A stretch of DNA of 60,183 nucleotides, counting the filler, from Squatina squatina (taxonomy: Eukaryota), in assembly GCA_031763465.1 (NCBI GenBank). It is 3 parts of 3 records of this genome, joined end to end, with 100 filler letters (N's around TTAATTAATTAA, not from the genome) between each part and the next. Parts side by side here need not be neighbours in the genome. Positions count along the whole stretch, not along the records: positions 47,120 to 60,183 come from JARFOE010000013.1; 2 more parts are not named here. The stretch is one strand, 5' to 3'. Positions 50,001-60,183 of the stretch are shown here, one piece after another. Under the pieces are notes generated by a model, which was not told where the DNA came from, ran no database searches, and was given only the letters and a program-made list of their open reading frames with translations. How positions within the stretch are numbered: position 1 is the first letter of the stretch; each line of letters begins with the position of its first letter. Position numbers and translations under genes: made by a program.

Positions 50001-50504
50001 CCTCCTGATGCAAATATATATTGACATATAAAATTTACACATTTTATTTTTTGACATACAAAAAACAAATCTATTAAAATAAATTCTTGGAGAGCAATGT
50101 TTAGTTTCAATGTTAACCCATCGCACTCAGGATTGCATAAAAATTCAGCCCAACTAGATAAGCCATTTTGCATCAGTATCTAACCTTTAAACAAGCTTGC
50201 CTTCTTGCCTGCAAAAAGACAATTTAATTTTCAGACATGAAGTCTGAAGTGCATTTGCACATTTCAAGATGCATATTATTACTATCTTCAATGGCTTCAA
50301 ATCGGTGAAGTAGTCATTATTTGGTCTATGAAGTGATTTGGGGCTGCCAATGCTATAAAATAATCGTTGAGGAAATTTCATAAAAGAGACCAAATCTTTA
50401 TTAAAGCAACTAAAGCCCATAGAAAATGAAAGCAAAACTCAACAGGATATCAGCTTCTGTTTAACTGCAACATCTGAAATTTCTCAATAGTAATGGATTT
50501 ATGA

Positions 50505-51062
50505 CAAGTATTTATATAGCACCTTAACATAGTAAAACTTCCCATGGCGTTTCACAGGAGTACGGAGACAGAACATTTGACACCGAGCTACATGAGGAGA
50601 AATTAGGGCAGGAAGAGATAGGTTTTAAGGAGCGCCTTAAAGGGGGAGAGAGGTAGAGGTGTTCAGGGAGGAAATTCCAGAGCTTAGGGCCTAGGCAACA
50701 GAAGGCACGGCCACTAATGGTTGAGCGATTATAATCCGGGATGCTCAAAAGAGCAGAACTAGAGGAGCGCTGACATCTTGGGAGGGTTGTGAGGCTGGAG
50801 GAGGTTACAGAGATAGGGAGGGGCGAGGCCATGGAAGGATTTTTAAATCGAGGCATTGCTTAACCAGAAGCCAATGCAGGTCAGTGAATGTAGGGGTGAT
50901 GGGGGAACAGGACTTAGTGTCAGTAAGAACAAGGGCAGCAGAGTTTTGGATGATCTCAAGTTTACAGAGGCTGGAGGATGGGAGGCCAGCCAGGAGTGCG
51001 TTGGAATCGTCAAGTCTAGAGGTAAAAAAGGCATGGATGAGGGTTTCAACAGCAGATGAGCT
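50505..51062 (-). mobile_element. L2 LINE 3' remnant
   Basis: RAFCCLGPKLWNFLP. Same family as 2310-2485 (+), 4125-4405 (-), 10588-10990 (-), 15900-16240 (-), 24505-24895 (+) and 30590-30780 (+). Confidence 0.82.
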
Positions 51063-54000
51063 GAAATTCTAGAGAGGTTCCTGAGTATTAGAAAGTGCCT
51101 ACGTATTACTTTTAAAAGGTACCTGTAAACAGTAAAGTTAACATCCGTTCTGGGGAAAGTCTCTGATACGACCTGGGTAGATCTACTGGGGAACAATATC
51201 TCACTGAAAGGCAATCGGCATGGATTCAGGAAAGGGAGGCTGTGTATTTTGAAGATATTCCCCTCATCGAACACAGTGCAGTTATTTCTATTTGGATATT
51301 CAGGAAGCCTTTAACGAGATTTCATACTGGTGAAAAATGCTCAAAAGTATGGAGTCCCAGAATAATGAGGCTGGCTGGAAAATTAGCATCAAAACAGGAC
51401 ACAAAGCATTGCATTAACGAAAAGTCTTTGGTTCGGAAAGAGGTTCCAGCCACGATAACGAAGGGTTTTGGGACCCTTGCCAATTTTAATCGATAGGAAA
51501 TGAGGTATTTGACCGCTTGAAAGTATGTAACGATAAGGAACTAAAATGGGCCCAATTAATATCTGCTTCAAAGTGACGTTGAATAAAAGCTTGGTGTTTT
51601 CAATAGGTGCCAGCTAAATGCATGATGTACAATGAAAAGACACTATTACTCTAAAGATGAACTCTTACTGTAGAAAGTAGCACTTCTCAATCTCAGGGAA
51701 GCAGTATCAGATAGAAAGCAGGCACACTTACTCTGTATGATATGCTTATGTTATTTGTAAACTATTCGTTTACCTGCTGTTTTAAAGGAAGTGTTAACCT
51801 ATTTATCCCTCTACTGGTAAACCTACTGCACTCTCCCGATATCAGCATCGGAAATGTAACCCCTCCCCCTACCCCCACACACAAAAGCGTGCACATATGC
51901 ATGTACACTGGGATATACACACACATGTACATACATAAAGCGTTTTCTAGTAAGTGATCCCCGGCTGGCTTTCTCAGAACAGCACTTTAGGAGTAACTCA
52001 ACAACAGCGCACCCATGGGCAGATGGAAAAGAGAAATGTTCAAAACTGGACCAAGTGCTGCACGCCAAAGAAAAACAAATCTGATGCCAAACTACACATC
52101 GTTAGCTCAAATCTGTTCCATGTGGAAATCAGACTAATAACGTGAGGGAAAACGACTAGTGATCTTGAAGTGATTTGGCTTGCTGCCTGTCAAATATTCA
52201 CTTTTGCTTCCACTTCTGCAATTACTATAGGAAATACATTTTCATTCATTTTCCTTTATCCAAGAACAACCCTCCCCCCTCCCCCTTCCCCTTCTAGCTT
52301 GAGATTGGAATAATTATCTGATTCACTGCTTCCATGAATGTTAACATTTTGAGCCATGCTTTCCAAGATGTTCNNNNNNNNNNNNNNNNNNNNNNNNNNN
52401 NNNNNNNNNNNNNNNNNNNNNNNNNNNNNNNNNNNNNNNNNNNNNNNNNNNNNNNNNNNNNNNNNNNNNNNNNNNNNNNNNNNNNNNNNNNNNNNNNNNN
52501 NNNNNNNNNNNNNNNNNNNNNNNNNNNNNNNNNNNNNNNNNNNNNNNNNNNNNNNNNNNNNNNNNNNNNNNNNNNNNNNNNNNNNNNNNNNNNCACGGTA
52601 CAACATTCCATCCTGGTTTAGCACAATGTATTTAATAACTATGTCGACTGTCTTAATTACCCAATAAAGCTGGATTCCATTGCCATTTGACCCTCCTCAG
52701 CATTCCACAGAAACTGCAGGACTATTATAATTACCAACTGACTGTGAGAAAATTAAACAAAAAGATTCAACATTCTAGACACTCTTAAACAACCTGTAAC
52801 ATCGTGCAGATAAATCATTGATGAAACAAAAGACTTAGCTAAAGAATGGCCTTTCAACGCTGAAGTATTTCACCTTGCATAATCACCAAAAGTGCATTAA
52901 ATATGTTTAGTCATAGACTTCGACTACCCTTTACTTACAAAAGTGAAATGTTATCAGATACTCTTTAAGTGATCTCTTTAATAAATGCTTTCAAAAAATG
53001 TTTTAAGGCACAGTTATACTGTAACTTAGGCAGTGCTACAAACATTTGCAGTAGCACTGAAGTGGCACTCTACCGGCAAGGCGACGGTGTGACACCTCCC
53101 TCAGGAAGGCTGTCTCATTCCTGCTTGGGTCTGACACTGAGTAACTCCTGAGCGGTGTTAGACTGGGTTTAAAAAGTGCCCAGGTGGTGTATTCGACCTC
53201 TCAGTTACGTTTTAAACTTAAGCAGAGTTTTCGATATTGTTTTCTTCTTCTTCTTTTGCCACTTCTGCATTCACGTTTGAAATACTTTAAATTTCACCGC
53301 CTGGGAGCAGAGCTCTGTGCACTTCCATGGCTGTCGGAGTGCAATTCNNNNNNNNNNNNNNNNNNNNNNNNNNNNNNNNNNNNNNNGTAAAATGGCAACC
53401 ACAAAAACACAGTTTCTTATCACATGAAGTATTTATGCAACATTCCTCGGTACAGTACAGATGTAAGTGAATTTCTTGAGAACAATCCTGGCGTATTTGT
53501 TCCGGTGTTTTTAACTCAAAACCAGGACATGGCATTTTACCTGAAGTTTTATTTTACCTATCAACTGAATATGTCAGGCTCTCCATTTATTTACATATTC
53601 CAAGGTGGCTGAAGGCGGACATCTACTGACAAGTTCGCCAATGACAAACTTGGACTTTAGATAATGTTAAAATTCCAGAAGATAGCATTACATCTCAGAA
53701 GGTAGCATTACATTAAAAAATAATGCGCATAATGACAGAACCTCTGTGAAAACAATTTTTATCAAATAAAGGGATTCTGGACCAAGATTTTCCAGAATTA
53801 ACTGAAGCTAAACTGTCTGGTATGTGTAACTCATCAAAAAGGCTGAAATAAAGCTTTCACCAATTGAATCAGGAGAAATACAAAGCATGCAATGTTTGGA
53901 GCTTTTTTCTAATATATGCTTATTTTATAGAACAAGAATATTGATGTTAACGAGTCCCATGAGCGTCATGTTACAATACTATAGTTGGCCAAATCCTGTA

Positions 54001-57000
54001 TTAAAAACTGACAGATTGTTTGACTCTGTATTTATTCATTTTACTTGTTGCTCAGTGTACTTGTTTTCCTCTGTGCTGCTGTCCAGGCTGAGCAGGTGCA
54101 TAAATATTAAACACTTATCAATCAGCACAAAGAGAAATGAAAATTTAACAGAAAAGTTAGCTACCCCATTTTTCTTAACTACTGTATATAGAATGTTTTA
54201 GCGAGGATTTATTCCCAAAAGAATTTAATTTGCATTTTATAACAAGGCAATGTCTATATTTCAAATGCTACTAACCATGTTATTGCACTGACTGTTCAGG
54301 GAAACACTAGAAAATGTACTGAAATCACGTTAAAATTCACAATCCCTTTATCCTACTAGAAATTTCTTTAATTGGTACATTTTTAATGCAGCAGTGTTCA
54401 TAAAAAGGGATGGTGTCAGCAGATTCCAAAAAAATAGCCTTTGATAACTGACAAATATTTCAACTCCTACAATTAAAATTTTGTTTAATTTCTTTATCTT
54501 GTGATCGAGGCAGCCTCTGTGGTTGTGTTTGTTCCTTTAATTCTGACCTATGAAGTTCAACATGATTGCAGTTGTTATAGGTTAAGAGTCAGTAAATTCT
54601 GCCTTTCTCATTCAGNNNNNNNNNNNNNNNNNNNNNNNNNNNNNNNNNNNNNNNNNNNNNNNNNNNNNNNNNNNNNNNNNNNNNNNNNNNNNNNNNNNNN
54701 NNNNNNNNNNNNNNNGGGTAATAGTAGATTCAGCATTTAACAAGTTAACAACAATGACATTTCTCTATACTTTACAACAAACATTAGTACTTTGTATCTT
54801 ACACTCTTAACTGCTGTCAAGTTTTGGTAGAGAATTGAATAAAATTAATAAACAAATCAACATATTTGATGTAATTATTTTCACCAGTATTTTTTACTAC
54901 ACTCTAATATCACAGTTTGAAATCAAAGACTGTCAATCTTATGGGGTGAAACAAGCTGCTAGCACAGGACAAACCTTTACTGACAGCTTTCCTATTTGTT
55001 CTATGTGTTTTCTATCTTCTTTCCACTGTGCCTTTTTCAGCTCTATTATACTCTGGGTGCTGCCCTGTTTTCATATAGCAGCTCCCACTACTTGATCCCT
55101 GCTTCATCTACTCTGCAGGCCCAGACATTTGTTGGGCCTATTAGCACAGCAGGAGCCTTATCATATTTTCTATCTGTGGCTGTTGGAGATGTCAAGAGAT
55201 GGGAAAATGCTGTGCAGGCTTTCATCCTCCCTCCCTGCACTTCCTCCATAACCACACGCTGCATTTGTGTCAATGCCCTCCCACCACTAGCTGCTGGAAT
55301 CTCCTTAAATGTGTCTAGGTTTGCCATCTGTACGAATAATGCTGCTAAGACTTAGCCATGATTAAGCTGTCAAGATTTATTACGTTAAAAAGTATCAAAG
55401 TTTCTTACTGCAACCCTTGACCTCTATCGGTTCCACCTCCTCTCCAGTTCCTTCCCCTCCCCCAAAGTANNNNNNNNNNGAAACCCTCCCCCCTCCTGAC
55501 TAACACTACAGTCAATGTGCTTCGCTTGACCTTGACCAACATATGCACCCAGGGAACACTAATGAATTTTGGCCGATTCATCATCAAACTCTAAATTTAA
55601 TCAAGCCAACATGGCAGAGAAAGTTAGCTGTGATTAACTCTTAAACTTTTGATAATCTGTTAATTTTAGTAAAGTTGGCATGATCTGGTTGTTAATGCAA
55701 AGCTTCTTTGGCTAAAAATCTACCAGCTGGCCAGAGTTGTTGCTTCTGGATCCTTTAGTTACCTGTTCAACATCTGCAGAAGTAAATTGCTCTTTATAGT
55801 TAGTTTATAGTAAATAAATTACAATAAACCAGATTATTTGTATCAATAACAAATCACATAAATTGATTTATCTGCATAACATTTAGAATTCATAAATACA
55901 AGCAAAACTTTAGTTGTTTTTATAGCTTAATCTAAAAATAATAAGTGACTCATTTGCTCAATGCTTTGCCAAAAAGCAAAGGTTTTGGACAATGAGTTTA
56001 CATAAAAAATTTAAATCTTATACCAGAGTTATAGCAACACGGCAAAAATGCAGCTGAGTGCACATTCTATAAAATTACACCAGTAATAAGGAATAGGGAA
56101 TATACAATGAGGTAGCAAGGGAAATGGACTAGAGGTGTCATAAATATATATATTGTTGAATGATGTTGCATTTTGTAATTCACAAGTGCCACATCTGCCT
56201 CAGAAAAGGAAAAGTTTTCATACATCATTCCTCACAAATCATCTGCTCTGTTTATAATAACTATTAGGTGCTTTGTCCCTCTGCATTTCCCAAAAATGAT
56301 ATACTTGTAAAGTGAACAATCTTGTGTCAGAATGTGCAAATTATTTTCCTGTCATTTATGTATCTGACATTAAATGTACATTGTGTTATTGTACTTCTGA
56401 TGCTTCATACCAATTGTTCTTCATTACCAACNNNNNNNNNNNNNNNNNNNNNNNNNNNNNNNNNNNNNNNNNNNNNNNNNNNNNNNNNNNNNNNNNNNNN
56501 NNNNNNNNNNNNNNNNNNNNNNNNNNNNNNNAGAAATTCTCAGCTGGTTAAGGATATTTCAATTACGGACTGGATTTCCCTTCTGGGAGCAGAGAAATTA
56601 GAACTTTGTGAATATATGGTCCATCCTGGGGCAGAGCAGCACACTTCTAATTCATTTTGAGTTAAATTTTCTCTTTTATAGATAGCATGTAAAGGAGAAT
56701 GGAGAGGTGTAGTTAGAGTCACACTGAGACATTCGCACCACACTTGGTGATGCTAATTTTTACTTATTTATATTGTTTGTTTCCTTAAAGTTTGTGGTTC
56801 AATTTGAAATAAATAACTTTTTATTCGTGAACAAAACTAAACTGAAATTTATATTAAATTTTAAATTGCATTTTCATTTACAATTGCAAATTTTATAATC
56901 CCTTTGAAGTTCAGGTGATTTAGTGAGATGTCTCTTGCTATTTAAATCTGTTGTATTAATCAGTGTAGATATGGATTTTAAAATTAAACCATATTTTGCC

Positions 57001-58264
57001 ACTATTTTTAGTGCAGAAAACCTGACTTTTTCCCCATCCAATCCATAAAAAAGAAAAATGTCCACTGCAGCCTCTGAATTTCTTTATAAAGAGAACCAGT
57101 ATCACTTTGGTTTTGATGGGGAAGGTAGAATTTCTCATGTGAATCTTATAGAGCCAAGTCTCAGTGCAGAGGTCCTGGGAAGGAATGAGTTAGAGTAGGA
57201 GACAGTACGATGAGTCTTGATTTCAATAGATTAACGAGCCAAGGAACAAAATGTAGGATGCTAAATTTGCAGAGAAGAAATAAGAGAGGAATTCTGACTG
57301 CAGCATTGTCACTGTGAGCGCCTGTTACAATGGATGTTAGCCTGAAATTGCAGCAGAGAACTTCACCTTAGTGATTAGGAAGCTTGAACAACTTTCTTTC
57401 TGACATATATGCTGTGCATGGCTGTACTGCAGAACACTATCAGAGAAAGAATATTCAACATTGTGACTGTTAGAAATATCCATCATTCGGGGGTGAGAGA
57501 TAATAGCATCAATACAAAGTGCTCTGACTGTGGGTATGTCTGACATGAAGTCAATTATCCAATCAGGTCTATAATCAGGGCTGGAAGATCTTGGCGACAA
57601 TTCAGTAAATTGTGAGGGAAGGTTCAGCAGACTGATAATTGGCTGGAGTAGCTCCAAAACATCTTAGACCAGTGCTTGGGATACAAAACCCAGGATGTTG
57701 GTCTCAAGTCAGTGATTTGACCATCGTGTTGGACAGTCCAGGTAACAAATCTACTTAAGCCCCACTCCAAGACATTGAGCTCTCTACAGTGGTTTGAGGT
57801 ATTCTGACGCTGATACCTCACAACACTCTCACTTCCCAAATTGCATCAATACAGTTCCTTAAGTGGAACTGCTACCACAGCGATCACAAAGGATAAAGAA
57901 AACAAGCACCTAATGTACAGTGAGAAGCGCACATGTGCCACATGGTAATGTAAGATAGACTGAGCACAAAAATGTTCCTGTAAAATAAATCATTTTGTAT
58001 CACATAATATCCATGAAGCCATTCCCTGATGAATGCTTTTGAAATTCCAGTGTATCGGTCCTCACAAGCACTAAATAGCAATAAGTTTTTGTGGAATTCA
58101 GGCAGAAACGGAAAGGTCACCTATACCCTTTGAGCAGGGATTGAATAGTGAGTATTTTTGAATAACATGAAACGGGCACAATATTGAATAGTGGATGATT
58201 GCAATCACATTGGCACATGTGATTGCCTCAATTACAACAAGTGTGCATTTGGTTTAACAAACTT

Positions 58265-58450
58265 CTAGTGCAGCGTTGGCTCATCTTCTGCCGCAGGCTG
58301 CTGACATCCTTCTTCATCCATAGGCATGTCATAGGATCGTTCTCCATTAATGTCTAGGTGGATGTTTCTCTGAATGATTAAGTTATGTAGAGTGCAGTAA
58401 ACTACAAAAAATCTACACTTTGCATGATGGTCTAACTGTTTTTCTTCCAT
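58265..58450 (-). mobile_element. Decayed Harbinger-type transposase C-terminus
   Basis: KCRFFVVYCTLHNLIIQR followed by an acidic stretch resembles the HARBI1-like C..II.ACC.LHN.A motif. Confidence 0.45.
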
Positions 58451-60183
58451 TTTTTGAAATGGATGGACCTGTGAGCCTTCTAGAACAGTGCATCAATCAC
58501 TTTCTCAAGTTTGGTGAGCACAGTGTCTTGAACAATATTAGTGTAGTCTCCGACTGGTACCTGAAAAATAAAACTGGCTAAAAATAATAGTAACTGCTGT
58601 TACTTCAGTAACCGCCAGCTGCTGAAGTCACTAGAAATCCTGGAGCCAGCAATGCACAGATCTTTGTAATTATCTCCCTGGTGAGCCTAAACCACCTAAT
58701 GCGCTGCACCTCCATTAAAACTAGGTACTTCATTCAAGGCCTGTAGAGCTTTTCTCCTGGGTNNNNNNNNNNNNNNNNNNNNNNNNNNNNNNNNNNNNNN
58801 NNNNNNNNNNNNNNNNNNNNNNNNNNNNNNNNNNNNNNNNNNNNNNNNNNNNNNNNNNNNNNCATGAAAAGGTAGACCGAAGCAGGATTACTCCTTTAAC
58901 TGAATACCTGCATATCAATACAAGTAGACAATTTACATATAGCTCCCTGTTGATGCTTTGGGGAAATTAGGTAAATCACCATTTACTAAGGATCTTCCAC
59001 TCTGTCAATAAGTGCACTGCTGCTGAGACAATTCGTAAATAGTTGTGTATATAATATCTGTATGCATCAATATTTCTTTCAGATTTTTATTTAATTTAAG
59101 GTGCACATAGCAATTATTATGGAGAAAAAAATGTCCTTCCTCTCAGTATTTTGACACATGCTATTAACTATTTAATTAAGCAGACTTTTCTTTTTGAAAG
59201 TATACAAATCGTTTGATTCATTAATTGAAAGAACTATAAAGAAATTTGGTGTCAGTTTTAAAAATCCAACTAATACACTGAATAAACGAAATCAAGAAGC
59301 CGCAGGGTTTCTTTATCAGGATTCATGGCATTCTCAGTTAATTTCGAAACCATACCACCTAGTCACAAATCCTTACAGTTGCACACAGTCATGAGCAGAA
59401 AAGATTGATGACTGCGATTGCAAGATTTATCCTGTACTGTTTACAATAAGATTTCTGAGATGAAACCTGGTTGGTCCTATCACACTGCCCACAGAACACT
59501 GCTAGGCTTGCTGTGGTAATTTGTTCTGATGCAGTAAATAACTAGGCATAATGAANNNNNNNNNNNNNNNNNNNNNNNNNNNNNNNNNNNNNNNNNNNNN
59601 NNNNNNNNNNNNNNNNNNNNNNNNNNNNNNNNNNNNNNNNNNNNNNNNNNNNNNNATAACTAGGCATAATGAAAATACCCTGATGTATTCCACAGTCTGA
59701 TTGATGCTCTATGTGTGATACAGCAAAACCAGTGCACTTCCTATGACAAATTTGCATACAGAAAACAGCACTGCGGGCATGACAATAGCAGCAGCTGCTG
59801 GAGGTCTACGCCATTTTTTAACAGTTATGAATTACTTTTGACCCTTTTGGCCTTTTATAGTAGTTTTCAAGACCTAGCCTTATTGGAAGTCATCAGTCTG
59901 AAGCATTCATTCTTCATGGTACAGGGTTGGTGTGGGGGNNNNNNNNNNCTCCTGTTACTAAAAAAAATGGGTGTGCTGATGGGTCGCTCAATCAGCATCC
60001 CCTTGCTGACACCCCATGAAAATTTGTGCAAAGATCATACCCCGTCAAGCCCTTTAATCAGGATCATTCATTAGGCCTTTGCCTTCTTTGACGCTATGCG
60101 CTGCCTTTATTATATACACTGACTTAGCTGTCTAAAGAAAAGGACAATGAAAGGTTACAGAGGGATAAAAGCATGCACGCTAC

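Noticed and set aside
54996-55355. Overlapping 119-aa and 79-aa ORFs
   Set aside because: No recognisable motif and no convincing donor site; within chance expectation.
59538-59673. 18-bp direct repeat ATAACTAGGCATAATGAA
   Set aside because: It flanks a gap on both sides; assembly overlap artefact.

Overview
This is a vertebrate draft-genome window, not a microbial one. The repeat content (tRNA-headed Deu-type SINEs, abundant CR1 and L2 LINE remnants, GC-rich Harbinger-like elements, a ~67-bp tandem repeat) points to a cartilaginous fish, by inference. It is a patchwork of short contigs joined mostly by placeholder 100-N gaps. Two artificial N44-TTAATTAATTAA-N44 linkers (24969-24980, 47064-47075) split it into three blocks. 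Block 1 (1-24924) holds single exons of unrelated genes: a class II GLUT transporter (+), a Miro GTPase RHOT (-), TLN2 (-), and two unidentified candidate exons. Block 2 (25025-47019) holds three consecutive DUSP12 exons (-), the last NPHS2/podocin exon (+), a probable AXDND1 exon (-) and the last six SOAT1 coding exons (-), all read by hand with GT-AG sites and consistent phases. Block 3 (47120-60183) is AT-rich and non-coding, with decayed repeats. Most entries in the supplied ORF track are spurious. I found no convincing new biological system. The best leads are the unassigned exons, two perfect or near-perfect hairpins, a hAT MITE family found twice inside L2 remnants, a ~540-bp-spaced direct repeat, and the conserved SOAT1-AXDND1-NPHS2 order. 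Gene identities rest on recalled protein sequences, not database searches.
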